Origin: Enoplolaimus lenunculus | Taxonomy: Eukaryota | Assembly (NCBI GenBank): GCA_030248215.1 | Contig: JASANG010002365.1 | Location: 372,001-436,000, forward strand | Length of the DNA stretch: 64,000 nucleotides | Reading direction: 5' to 3' | Shown here: positions 38,933 to 52,238 of the stretch, piece by piece | Position numbering within the stretch: the stretch's first letter is position 1 | Layout: the number at the start of each line of letters is the position of its first letter | Made by a program: the position numbers and the translations under genes | Notes under the pieces: generated by a model | What the model was told of the DNA's origin: nothing | Databases searched by the model: none | What the model saw: only the letters and a program-made list of their open reading frames with translations

Positions 38933-40091
38933 TAGAATTAGAGTTAAATGTTTAAAAGGGGGGATTTAATCTGTTCTCATGTAAACATCAGTGTCGTAAC
39001 GTTTGCTTTGGTACGGCAACAAGCTTAAGCTTTCGACTAATTCATTTGGCCAAGCATAGGTTTAGGTTCAGGCTTGAATTCTCTCAGAAAGGGAAGCTCA
39101 CCATTAGGTCTTTCAAAAACCAGAATTCTGAATTGATTGAACTCATTCTGAGTTAATTAATAATCAACTCACCCGAAATTAAATGCAGCTCTCAGAGCCA
39201 GTTCGTGTTTGCTGTTAATATTAACTCAGAAATAAACTAGAAATGACGTAATTCGCTCTCTGAGTTGATTAACCAATTCATCGAAATTTACAGTGTTGCT
39301 GCAGAGTTATCTCGTCATCTCTACGGGTATACATAGAATTTTGGACGTAAAACTTTTTTAAATTACCATTTATTCCAAATAAAATTTAACAAAATATGAT
39401 ATTCGACACGCCACTGTAGGCAGGATATGACCATGGTTTGTTGATAAAACCCAACTGTCTTGAGCAATTACCTTGAAGAATGAAACGAAAAACCAGCAAT
39501 TAATTTTTCTTGCACCATTTTTTCGTTCTGGATAAATTTAAACCACTGCGAACGTAGAGATTCGTATTACGTTAACCTTTAAAATTGGGAGCGTGGAATT
39601 TATCCGAACGCTTGGATATTGAAAATCGTGTTGAACATTTGGCAAAATTGTAACTGTACACTGTAAATTTCAGTGAGTTGATTTTAACTCAGAATGATTT
39701 GAATCACTCAGTCTGAGTTAGGACTACCAGAACTCAGAATTTTGGGACCACTGAACTTATTCTGTGTTAATCAAATCACCCTGTGCCAATTCGACTCAGG
39801 GTGAGAATCAACTAAACTCAGAGTGAGTTGATGTTCACTGATATTCATTCAGAAATAACTAACTCGGTAGCTGAATTGATTAATCAACTCATTGGAATTT
39901 AGTGTGTAAGTATTAAAGAACCACATTAAATATGGTGTTATGCGTTTGTCAGCTATCAGCAAGGATTTTGAAAACGGTAATGTTGCGTTTTTAAGAAACC
40001 GAACGAGAAATCCTTGTGTTGGAAACTGACACCGTGTCTATGGCAACTCCAGCACGAAAATCATAAATAGGTCGATTGGCCAGTGGCGCAG

Positions 40092-40521
40092 TCATGGTTT
40101 CATTTCAGGAGTAGATAACCAATCGTTTCTTTGTGAGTGTCATGGTTTCATTTCAGGAGTAGATAACCAATCGTTTCTTTGTGAGTGTCATGGTTTCATT
40201 TCAGGAGTAGATAACCAATCGTTGCTTTGTGAGGGTCATGGTTTCATTTTAGGAGTAGATAATCAATCGTTGCTTTGTGAGGGTCATGGTTGCATTTCAG
40301 GAGTAGATAACCAATCGTTTCTTTGCGAGAGTCATGGTTTCATTTCAGGGGTAGATAACCAATCGTTCCTTTGCGAGAGTCATGGTTTCATTTCAGGAGT
40401 AGATAACCAATCGTTGCTTTGTGAGGGTCATGGTTGCATTTCAGGAGTAGATAACCAATCGTTCCTTTGCGAGAGTCATGGTTTCATTTCAGGAGTAGAC
40501 AACCACTCGTTTCTTTGCGAG
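40092..40521. repeat. 48-bp minisatellite x9 (GTCATGGTTTCATTTCAGGAGTAGATAACCAATCGTTTCTTTGTGAGT)
   Basis: Contiguous units with recurring variant types. Confidence 0.95.
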
Positions 40522-41434
40522 CCAGCGCAGCGAGCAAGCAAATTATATGGTCATTGCAGATTATTTTAAAGACATTAAAAGCACATTTTCGGCTCTTTGA
40601 AGAAATTTCAGGGACCTTATCATTTTGTCACCAAAAATTTTCCAAGCCGAAAACTTACAAGGATTTATATCACAAAAAAATTCTGACAGAAAAAATTGTG
40701 TTTTTAATACAAAAAATAGTAAAGGCGAAACTTTTTAAAGCCCTATTCACACGTGCAAGTTTTTGGTTGCGAAAACTTGCAGCTGCAAATTGCGCGCAGA
40801 ACTTGCATTTTTTCATTAACCAGCGAGTTAGCGGGTGCAATAAAAATTGAGTGAACTTGCATGCGAACGGGGGATTGTGGACAAAACCCGCAAGTACAAG
40901 TTGCAGCTGCAAGTTCTCGCAGGTAAACTTGTCGTGTGAATACTGCTTTAGGTATGGACGGACCTTAACCATTATATCACATGGAAATTCCAACGGGGGG
41001 CGCACGCCCCACCTGCTCCCCCTTTTCTGGATCCGCTATTGTGTGTATGTAGGGCGCTTACGTGCCAATACATATTTGCGTATGTTAGTTGTACCCTCAT
41101 AACGCGCTGGTAGCGCAGTTGAGTGTTTTTGAAACAATTCGTTTTAAATTTTTGTTTAAAAAATTGTAAAATTTATATTCTCTGTTAATTTTTCAACTTA
41201 ACTCTCGATAGGCCTATTTGCAAATGGACAGCTGTGACAATCGGTTGAAATTTACTCAGTTTTAGAGTACCTGTAATTGTAAATTTTAATAGAAACAATT
41301 TGAAAAAATAAATTATACAATTAAATTAAACGAAATCTATTTGCTTAATATTATTACGGTTCGATTTCAGTGTTGTTTTTAAAATTTACAGGTTCAAAAA
41401 TCTTGTATCTTTAATAAGGTTCCTGTATTTTGCT

Positions 41435-41916
41435 GGCCCATGTAAAGATCACGGGCGGAACGTTTTTCTGTTGGACTGCAATAGAGTAAGCTTAAGCTTT
41501 AGTCTGATTTTTTTGCTTGGGTCAGGTTTAGGCTTAGCCTTACGTGAACCCCGCATTAGGTTTAGGTATAGAGACTCATTCTTACGCTTAGGCTTAGGCT
41601 TAGGCTTAGACTTAGGCTTAGCCTTAGGCTTAGACTTAGGCTTACACTGTAAAAAATGGAGAGTCAAATTGACTTTCTCGGAAATAGGCTTGTCCTGGCT
41701 ACATAAACTGAGTCAAATTTGACTCCGCCAGAGTCAAATTCGATTCAGTGAATCGCTCAATGAGTCCAATTTGACTCTGGCGGAGTCAAATTTGACTCAT
41801 TTTGCGTAGTCAGGAAAAGCCTGTTTCCGAGAGTCAATTTGACTTCCCATTTTTACAGTGTAGGCTTATTATAATATGCTTATATTACTGTGCCGTCCTT
41901 GTTGTTTGCATTGGCT
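41435..41916. mobile_element. TTAGGC MITE interrupted by a nested CACTG element (41645-41860)
   Basis: GGCCCATGTAAAGA...TTTGCATTGGCT; degenerate TSD ATTTTGCT/ATTTTGTC. Confidence 0.7.
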
Positions 41917-44236
41917 ATTTTGTCTAAGGATAATAATTTATCTGATTCAATTTATCCTTAAAAATTCGACAAATTCCAATTAATCACAAAATTTTCTCGA
42001 CCAACCAAGTGTTTTCATTACTATCTTCTCAAGCGAAAATCTTATGTTCGATGTATTTCTCGATGTTTAATAGAACAGATTGTTATCTGTAAACAAATTT
42101 TAGTCAAAATACTTAAATGATTACTTTGATTAAGGTAAATTGCACCCAAACAGAAAAATGTTATATAATGTAAAATTAATGAAAACATCACACTTGAAAC
42201 CATATTAAATCTTAAATTCGTGGTACTAAAAGTATTGCGAAGTTTACTCAAAAATATTAGCAAAAATTATATCAAAATTAAAGGAACTAAAATTTTCCGA
42301 AATATTGCAATTTTATTAAAACCAAACGCTAATAAGACTGCTACAGTAATTAAACGAGTATCCAATTGGCAAGCCTAAATAATTATTCAAAGCCTATGAA
42401 ACAAGCGCAAATATCGTTACACCCTGTGGTGATTTAAAATCAACCAAAATAATCAATTTCTCTATGGAAACCAGCTATTTTAAACGTGGACCGTATTCTT
42501 AAATGTGTGTAGCACCTATCAGCAGTTGGTGATAAATCTTGTAACGTATAAACCAGTGAATGCTGAGGCTCAAAATTCAGCATATTTTATTGCATATGAT
42601 TTGCTTTTACTCCTGTACCAATTTTGAGTTAAAAAACTGCAATAGTTAGTGAGGTTGAAGAACTATTACTAAATGATGACAGTTGTTCAGCACATTTGAA
42701 AATATGGACTCTATATTAAACTAAACTGATACTGTGAGAGTCATGACTATTTACTCCGGCAATATTATTTTTAAGGCTGTAACTCTAAATTAAGCATATT
42801 CATAAGTCTACGTCTAAGCGGAAAAATGTCAAAGCCTAAGTGTAAACAAAAAATATAGACTGAACTCCAATCTTACTTTATTGCAGTCGTGCCAGAAAAC
42901 GTGGCGGCACTAAAAACATAACCTCTCGAGGATAAGAATTGTGACACCTGGATAATTGTAAGGTAAAATTCAATTTTAAAATTTCACAAAATAAAAGCGC
43001 AAAAAATTAGCAATTTTGCAAACGATAAACACAGTGTCATTAGCATTTATGCAAACTCAGATCTCTGCAAACATAAACATTCGTTTGACCCAATTACGTA
43101 TTCTTAGACGGACGTTGTTTTTAGCGAATAAGTACAAACGGTAATAAAAAAATAAAAATACCGTAAAAATTCTAAAATTAAAAATATTGGTTCAACGTAC
43201 CCATGCTCCCCAAATAAGGGGGTAGGTCAAAGAAGCGAAGAGCGCTGGGTTTATTGTTTTGTGCACAGAATGTACCCAGTTGCATACTTTTTTGAAAATC
43301 ATGACGAACGTTGTTTTAGCGAATATGTACAAACGGTACTAAAAATAAAAATACCGTAAAAATTCTAAAAATCAAAAATTCAGCACTGTTTTAATTTGGT
43401 TTATACCACTGGGTACCAACCAAATTAACACACAGTGTTAACGGTGTGTTCAAAACCCAAACATTTGTTTCAAATATTTAAAACTTTAATATGTACTTAT
43501 TTTCAAGAAATTAATGGGACCACGAGTGGATGATTTTCAAAAAAGTATGCAACTGGGTACATTCTGTGCACAAAACAATAAAACCAGCGCACTTGGCTTT
43601 TTTGACCTACCCTCTTATTTGGGGAGCGTTGGTACGTTGGACCAATATTTTGAATTTTAGCTAAAGGCGTTCCAATTATATGTCAACTCCTATGTTTACT
43701 ATGTAGTTTGAGCGGTAACTAGTCCCCCCGCTCAAATCACGGGTAGTCGAGCAAAAATGCAACGCTAACTGGTACACTTTGAGCCATGCATTGGTGCGTC
43801 AGTGGCACACTCTTCTGCATGTGGACATTATCCACTCTTGATGGTACGAATTGATAAATTGCTAAATTGTTACACGTTCAACACATATTGTTTTAAGATT
43901 TGAAAGCAAGCTGATGAGCCTGTGTAACTGTGTCATATTTTAGACATATTGACTTAAATAGTCGTCAAATAAAGTCTTAAATTTCAAACTTTCAAATAAA
44001 AAATTCAAAACTGATATATCACAAAAACTTCAAAATTCAAAATCCAATGCTGAGTCATACATATGGTCAAGTACATTGCAAATATTAAAATGTTTCAAAT
44101 TTTATACAATGGTGTGGGTTAATTACTTAGCCATTTTGTCGTTTTTAAAAGCGTACTTAAGTTAAGTAAATACTTAAGCCTCTGACTAAATCTGATAGAT
44201 TACAAATTAACTGTTCAGGTATACAAACCTTGGTCC

Positions 44237-44273
44237 AACTGAAATTGCAGACTCGTGGTGCCTCCTTTATATA
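44237..44273 (-). promoter_or_regulatory. Candidate core promoter (TATA box + initiator) for the insulin-like gene
   Basis: Minus strand reads TATATAAAGG...TTTCAGTTGG, with TATAAA starting 31 nt upstream of the A of an Inr-like TCAGTT (44240). Correct strand and upstream of the 5'UTR acceptor at 38665. Confidence 0.45.
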
Positions 44274-46674
44274 AATCAAAACTATTACTTTATTGCTATG
44301 ACAATGGCTTACAATTGGCGTTTACCTTATTTACTTAACTCAGCGACTTAAGTAATTACTTAAACATAGCATAAGTAAATACTTTAATTAAGATTTTAGA
44401 AACCCAGCCACTGTTTCTTAAACATTAAACAACAATGTTTGCCTGCAATAACAACGTTTAGAATGTGTGCAGCCAGCAAATTTTCTTGCTTAAAAGACAA
44501 ATTTTGGAATTTATACGGCTTAGCTCACTCGAACAAAATAATCAGTTAAAATTTTTCATATTTTTTCAGGGTATCAATTTTTTAACAGGAGCCCTGCATC
44601 TGACAGGTTTGAGTGTAATCTTGATTTTGCCAGATATTGCGATCATGAGCCTAACCATTCCAATTTATATGTAAGTATTTGTCTAAAGATCAGCTGGCGT
44701 AAGCTAAACTAAATATTAATAGAAGAAATGAGTATTATTGTACACCTACACAACATGCGTGGTTAAGGCTTAAGCTAAGCCTCATGCGAGATTTACGTTA
44801 TAACCAGGGCAGGCGGCTCACAGTTTGTTCTATATTGATTCGACATCCACGTTAAAATTCGGGCTTTCATATCGGGTCCACAGACCTAACTCGAAATGAT
44901 ATATGACATTAACTTTACAAACAACAGTTCTAAGAAGATCAAAGTCTATAAGAGTTGCTTTGTCACGTGACACTAAGAGATATTTATGCGAATATCATGA
45001 GATATTCAGCGGGACATCGGGTGCTAATAAATGAATGAAAAGTTGGACGTCAGAGACACAAATGTGGTTTAAAATACCAAATACACGCCTACAAATTCGT
45101 TCCTGACATAAAATTGCCTAGAACCACAGCGGCATATTTCCAAAATTCAAGTTTCAAATTCCAGTATCGTATGATGTTCAAATCCTAAGGACAAATCGGT
45201 ATGTTACTTCAAGTATGCAGACATTTGACAATATGTATATCACATGAAGTTTGCAGACAACACATCGAATTTCCTTATATGATAAGGAAGAACAAAAGGT
45301 GATGATTACCCAAAGTTCGACGTATTGAATATAATATGTGGTGGTCTATAAGCAAACAAAATATTACTCAATAGTCTAATGGGAACAAAAAGGCCATACA
45401 TACAAAAGAAAATGTTTTGAAATTTTAAGACTCCTACTTTCTTAAATTTTCAAGACATAAATATGTAGTATTTCGGACATTAATAGCCATAACCAGCTCA
45501 AAAATTCGTGTCTGAAATGGCTGAAACATAAATGTCTTACATTCAAAAAATTACTGTTTCCAATTTATTGCACATAAATTTTTTCCTTTCAACAAATAGT
45601 TGTCTTATTCAAGAGTTAGTCTATATATAAAATCAAATTTCAAAGATATATCGGGTTGAGCTTAGGCTCCACCAACATAAGTTTACGACTTGGACGTATC
45701 TTAGGTTGCAAAATTAGGGTATTTAGTTGAGATTTAGCCTTAAAATCTGGAGTCAGTTTCACTGGAAAATATTTGTCTTGTATTTCAGACATATTTGTCT
45801 TATGTTTAAGAAATATTTGTCCTATGTTACAGAAATATTTGTGTTAATCGTTCATCAAACTAAGTCTTAAATTTCAGACTTTTGAAGACTGAAATTTTTT
45901 AGACCATTATTTCTGAAAAACTTAACAATAAAAGTATGGAATTCAAGTCATATATTTCAGCACCCATGATAAGACATCATTGTCTTAAATTTCAGACGAT
46001 ATTTCCGGAATACAAGACAATTTATTTTGGGTGAGTTTCGATAAAGGCTCAGGCAAACTGTTTGGTGTCGAAAGGCGGATGTCCGTGTGTCTGTCCTGAG
46101 CTGATTTTGATTTTTTGTTTGAAACATACCACCGTAAAGTGTTAACCTCGCTTTGGTGTTTTAAAATTTGAAGAGCGGTTTATTAGCTGCGGAATAAGTT
46201 ACATAATTGGTTGAGCTTAAATGGGAATTTTTTACCTTTATATCTCCAATTGTTAAGGTTACAAGGCACAAAATCTAGCTTAGAACGATATATTGAAATA
46301 TAGATGCAACGCATACGTTTGTAATAGTTTATTAAAATACTGTACTGCCAGACTTGTTTACTCCTGCGCTGGAACGCTGCCCAAAATGCGTATGTCGGGT
46401 GTTCCAACTTTAATATATATAACAGATATCCCAGAATACGACGTAATGACGCATGCAATATTTACATCACATCTAGGACGTTCGCACAGTGGTGGCATTG
46501 GTGGGCCGTACCCCGAATATCGCTGGTTCCCCCGAATATAATTTTTTGTGACCGCTTCTGCGTCACATGCATTCTCTTTATTACTGGCCATAGTACCAAC
46601 TCGTCGAACGTCAATGCGTAGGCTGATGTGCTTTTTAGAATGCAATATCGAAAATGCTAACTGTATTTAGCCCA

Positions 46675-46821
46675 CAGGGCCGGAGCAGACACTCCCATAC
46701 CCACCATGGGGGCCCCCACCTGGCTTCTCGCTCGCGAGTTTGAAGGCCTCACCCTGGAATTTGGGGGAGGCCCCCACCCTGAAATTTGGTGGAGCCCCCA
46801 CCCCTGCCTGCTCCGGCATTG
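46675..46821. mobile_element. hAT-like MITE (CAGGGCCGGAGCAG...CTGCTCCGGCATTG)
   Basis: Perfect 8-bp TSD TTAGCCCA. A relative at 38172-38362 (TSD GTGAAAAT/GTGAAAAC) lies inside the insulin-like gene's coding intron. Confidence 0.8.
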
Positions 46822-47862
46822 TTAGCCCACCATTTATTTCCGGACAACGGGGTCAGCTACCATGCGTTTTTTCACAATTATTGATAAATGCTATGTATAT
46901 AACGTCATTTTGGAATTTTTGCATAATTTATAACAATTAGCTATGTCATTAAAACAATAGAAAATTATAGTTTTTACTCTTGAGCATTGCCGGAGATCGC
47001 AATTTATTTTGGCTCAGTTTCAGTTGTCAGAATTGTAAATATTGCATGCTTTATGCTAATGCGTCATTTGTGCGTATAAATACTTGCAGGCGGCCCCTCT
47101 TGTTATTCGGTTACGGACTGTTATTTATTTTTAACCCACGCTCCGCCACCATTCGTTACTGATATATATCCAGTATTGCAATTATCCGTTGAATTAAACG
47201 TTTTGTCTTGTGTCAATAGCTTGAGGGATAATGCAAGGTTATAAGTACTTGTACTTTCAAAACTTAACTACGCTTTAAAGTTGCGAAGTCAACTTTATTT
47301 GGTCCTGGAGTCATTTATACACTACAATTGGGATAATTGACATTTATGGACTCTAATTAGGGTTTAAGGACTGTATCCGCTTACGGACTCTTATTGGGAA
47401 TACGGACTCTTATTGATTGGGACTCAAAATGGGGACACCCTCTTATTCGGGTCACTACATTACAACACCATTATTTGAGTAAGGTATTGAAGTAATTCAT
47501 CTTGTCATTGACACATGTTACCGTAGTCTGCGAAAAAATATATCATGAAATATACACACACTGCTAAAAATAACTACACTTTAATCAATGGTGGGATCAC
47601 CAAGGGGGTTGTATCAGCCGCCGCACCCCCACAAAACTGTTTTGTAGAGAGCGAAAATATTCAGCGGAAATAAGTGATGCCGACAGGGTAAATACCCCGT
47701 TTCACCCAAACGAAATCCTGTGAGCGCCAACCATAAATAAATTGAAATGAAAAATGTTTTCTCTTCAATCAAAGTATTTAAAGTTTTATGTTTGGTTATT
47801 TGCGAAAAATGTGAAGATTTTGAAAAATAATTTTCAATGTATAATAACAACCTTTCAACTTA

Positions 47863-47946
47863 ACTTCAGTTGAAACTTCAGTTGAAACTTCAGTTGAAGC
47901 TTCAGTTGAAACTTCAGTTGAAACTTCAGTTGAAACTTCAGTTGAA
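47863..47946. repeat. 12-bp tandem repeat x7 (AACTTCAGTTGA)
   Basis: Direct tandem units. Confidence 0.9.
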
Positions 47947-48532
47947 CTGAATCTTATATTGTTCTGTGGAGTTGAGTTCACTTGTAAGAGCAGCATTATT
48001 CATAATTGATTGCGGTTTTGGGTGCCAAAGTGTTGCAAAAATTTGCGTAACTACAAAACCCCGATTTAGTACTGATTGATTCGTAGATCTTTTTATTCTT
48101 TTGCTTCGGAAATACTTTAATATATGTCAGTGTGCAATCGGAATTAAAAAATACCGAAACCGGAATCGGAGCCGGAACCGGAAAACAAAAAAATTCTTGC
48201 ACCAGAAAAATTCATTCTTAACGCTATTTTAAGTGTCGGTTTTACTTACTTTGGTGCTTGGCAAAATTTTCGTTTATTTTTAAGCAAACACAGAATTTTT
48301 TAGCTTTATATTTGCCTAATTAATCAGGAAATGACAGCAGTAGTTTTACTTATTTAAATTATTTAAGCAAAGACTTAGTCAATATTTAGTACACTTAAAC
48401 TTAAAAAAGTTAGCAAATAATAACTGTAGTATTTTAAGTAGAGTGTTTTTACGGAGTATATATACGTATACAATCTAGGATTTTAACTCCGAACGAATTG
48501 CAAATTGCCGTTTGTTTTATTTTAGGTAAAAC

Positions 48533-48863
48533 CAAGAGTGGATGATCACTCTTTATAACAAGAGTGTGCAACTGGGTACATTCTGGGTATTAAAGAATGT
48601 ACCCGGCACGCGTTGCGTTTTTGGCCTACACCCCCCCCCCCTCATTTGGGGGGGGGGGTGTTGAAACCTTGAACACAGGCAAATACTGTTGCGATACGCA
48701 GTGCAAACCTTGTCCGGTTATATTCTTGAACTAAGTTTAGCTGAGTTCTGTGTGCAGTTGACCCCCCTAAATAACGGGGGGTACGGCCAAAACACAACGC
48801 GCGGTGGTACTTTTTATGCCACGCGTATTTTTGGAAGTTGCACACCCTTATTATCGACTCTTG
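48533..48863. mobile_element. P-element-like MITE family H (CAAGAGT...ACTCTTG, 7-bp TSD)
   Basis: TSD GTAAAAC (48526-48532, 48864-48870). Relatives at 11184-11513, ~6281-6391, 37676-38052 (split), 43190-43840, 61140-61428, 61610-61900. Confidence 0.7.
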
Positions 48864-49363
48864 GTAAAACTAACTAATAATCAGGTCGTTTTGCTTATTA
48901 GTCGAATTTTCTATCAAAATACTTGACTTAGTTTTAGTTTTGTGCTATTTCGATCAGATATCAATCATTGACTTGTAATAAATAATTATGAAGAAAAGTT
49001 TCCGATAATTGTTAGCTTATAACGCGTTTGATTAGTAGCTAAATATTTAACATGGATGACACTTAAAATTATGGCACAAATTGTTAAACAGTTTTTGGAC
49101 AAAGGTTAAAATTATGACAAATGTACGTGGTTTGCTTGAAAAGTCTAAAGTAATGTGATTTTTTTTGTTGTCATTATTTTTACATTTACATTTTTTCCGT
49201 GTACTGGAAACATAAGTGTTTTTAGAGTTTAGCTGTATATGCTGTGATCCGAATTTGAGGCGTAATCCAACGCTAACTCAAAACGCATCACACAACGGTG
49301 TCATTACACTGTACATTTCAGCGAGTTGAACGCAAAATGAGTTGAATCACTCAGTCTATCTAT

Positions 49364-49813
49364 ACCTAGTGATCCGAATAAGAGGGGGACTGATATTTAG
49401 TTGGCATCTCCAGAGGGTACCCCCCTTGTTATTTGGTTACGGACTGGTATTTATCTTTAACCCACGCTCCGCCGCCCTTCGTTACTGATATATATCCGGT
49501 AATGCAACTATCCGTTGAATTAAACATTTATTTGTCTTTCGTCAATAGCTTGAGCGATCATGCAATGTTATACTTAGGAGAATGTACTTTCAAAATTTAA
49601 GTATGTTTTAAAGTTTCAAACTCAATTTTATTTGCTCCTGGAGTCATTTATGCCCTACAATTAGGAATAACTGACCTTCATGGACTCTAATTAGGACTTA
49701 GAGACTCTATCCGCTTACGGACTCTTATTAGGGATACGGACTCCTATTGATTGGGACTCAAAATGGGGACCGCATACTTATTACCCCACACCCTCTTATT
49801 CGGGTCACTACAG
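49364..49813. mobile_element. Family A MITE
   Basis: Family A body with an intact right TIR followed by TA. Confidence 0.75.
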
Positions 49814-51149
49814 TATTTTTCGTCTATGCTAAATAATTATTAATTTTATTAAAAAAAATTACGTTATATCATCACAAATTATTAAACCATTCTGAATAAA
49901 AGACACATTATAGTTGCAAAAAATGGTCAAATTTGCCTTGGTTAACCAGATTTTAGACAATTCTTAATTTCTCAATATACTTATAATAGTTTCTATCAAT
50001 CTAATTTCAGTTTTAAAAGAAACTTTTTTTATTCATTTACTTCAATCTTTAATTAGAAAAAATATATGTTGAATTGAAATGAAATACTTATTTTACGATA
50101 AAGGTATACTGACTGTGTAAGAAATAAAATTTGCGCTATCACCTATCTTCCACACAAAAAAGTTAAGTATAAAAGTCTAAGTACAGTGTTTTTGCCTTTA
50201 ATTTGTCCGTATAAATACCCTGTCGAATTGGGCCCGTAGCAAGGGGGGGGGGGGCAGGAGTGGCTCAGCCCCCCGCTGGAAAAATTTTGGTCTCAAACAA
50301 AAAATTTTCAACCTTGCTTGTAACTCATTGAAAACCCTTGAATGCCGCTCCTAAAAATTTTTTAGCACCCCTAGCAAGGTGAGCTGGCTACGCGTCTGAG
50401 TCGAAAGGGAATTGATTTTCTAAAGTTAGTATCATTTGTGAAGTATATAATTAACGTAGTTCATAGCAGAGTTTGTGTTTTTCTGAAGTTAGCATTTCAA
50501 TGGTTCAATCCAAATCCGCATTTGTTCGGACCTCCACAAACAAACCAAACGAGCAATAATCAAATTTTAAGCAAAATTGCTTATTTCGTTAGCTTCACAA
50601 TGGTTATATTCCGACTGCTTCTAACTATGATTGACGTTTACGAGGGCCATCTATAACGCATTAGTACCCGACATATATCGTTAACTTAAACAGGCATAAA
50701 ATATAATTTTTTTATCGATAAAATCATGTATAAAAGCGAAAACCGAGCAATTTTAGTCAAATTATATCACTAAAACCGAAACCAAATTATGAAAAATAAA
50801 TTTTTTTTTATTTTCTCAAAATTGATTTGTAATGTTTGGAAAACTCCCACGTCAGGAACAATATATTTTCACTGCAAATGAAAAAATTAAAACCGTTCGC
50901 GTTTTTTCATCACAAATTTTGTTTAAAATGAGTTAATCTCAACGTAGGTTGAAGATTATAATCCAATCGCTGCAGGTTAATGATTTGTTGTTACGTAAAC
51001 CATTTTTAAGAATTGAAACTATTATCTTATAGCAGTTTTTTGAATAAGCAATAGTTCAAATGTTGCTATGTGCGTAGTTGTTCTGCCTTTCGGCAGACAA
51101 CAAAAAGTTATAATTACTGTCAGACTACGTGGAAATTCTTAAAATGTCA

Positions 51150-51335
51150 GGCCCACGTTACTTTAAGGGGCGTCCAGGTTTCTAGTTGGGTCCATAAAAG
51201 TGTAGGTTTAGATTCTAGATTACATTTTTTTGCTTAGGCTTAGGCTTAGGAACACATTATTGCAGCGCTTAGGCTTGGGCATAGGTTTAGGAATGCGTTT
51301 AATCTACTGTTACGCCCGTTTAAGTAACATTGGCC
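51150..51335. mobile_element. TTAGGC MITE
   Basis: TIRs GGCCCACGTTACTTTAA / TTTAAGTAACATTGGCC; perfect TSD AAATGTCA (51142-51149, 51336-51343). Confidence 0.85.
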
Positions 51336-51608
51336 AAATGTCATAAGCATAATACTTACTTAACTTCAAAATTAGTAATTACTGTATTTTCAGTCGAATT
51401 TTTTTGTTTCAAACTTAAAATTATTTTAGTTTCTATTAAAATTAAGAGGTGACCTTACGTAGGCTTTGAATTGGTCTGAAACATACTCGGTGAAATAGCA
51501 CTGTAGTCATTGTTCAGATCATGGTTTGCTATTTGTTTCTCTTATCTTTTATTGCAATCATGTTTTGCAATTTTAACTTTCGCTTGTAATAGTAAAATTA
51601 AGATGTTA

Positions 51609-52238
51609 CACACAAAAAATACTTTCTGATATTTGCAAAATATTCCGTTAAATTCAAGACAATTATGTCTTAATCTAGACTCCAGATATATATGTCTTGA
51701 ATGCAAGACATTAGTATCTGAAAATTTTCAGAAATTTCTGTCTGAAATTTTTAACCTTTAAATGTGTTAAATTTAAGCGATTAAGACAAATATTTCTGAA
51801 AAACAAGACAAATATGTCTGAAGTAAAACTTTCAAAATTGGAAGTTAAGCTCAACCAAATATCCTAATTTTACCACCTAAGATACGTCAAAGACGTAAAC
51901 TTAGGTTGGTGGAGCCTGAGCTCGACCCGAAATATTTTTGAAATTCGATTATTTATAACCACTCTTAAGAATATAAACAGAGTAACTTGTTTACAAATAT
52001 AAACATCACAAAATAAATTCTTGAATATAAGACAACTATTTCTTGAAAGAAAGAACTTTGTTTCTTATAAATTGTAAATAGTAATTTCGTGAATATAAGG
52101 CTTTTATGTTTTAACCATTTCAGACACAAATTTATGAGCTGTTTAAAGCTATTAATGTGTGTAAAATACAAGACATTGATGTGTTGAAAATTTAAGAAAG
52201 TATGAGTCCTAAAATTTCAAGACAATTTATTTTATGTG
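51609..52238. mobile_element. ~630-bp family D element (CACACAAAA...TTTTRTGTG, TA-flanked)
   Basis: Shares its body (GTAAACTTAGGTTGGTGGAGCCTGAGCTC...) with 45399-46033 (inverted) and 56516-57181; shorter relatives at ~15657-15900 and 57470-57620. Confidence 0.75.

Noticed and set aside
46358..46645. Minus-strand ORF (MASNKENACDAEAV...) as an exon
   Set aside because: No recognisable domain, convincing splice sites or partner exons; it cannot be excluded without RNA data.
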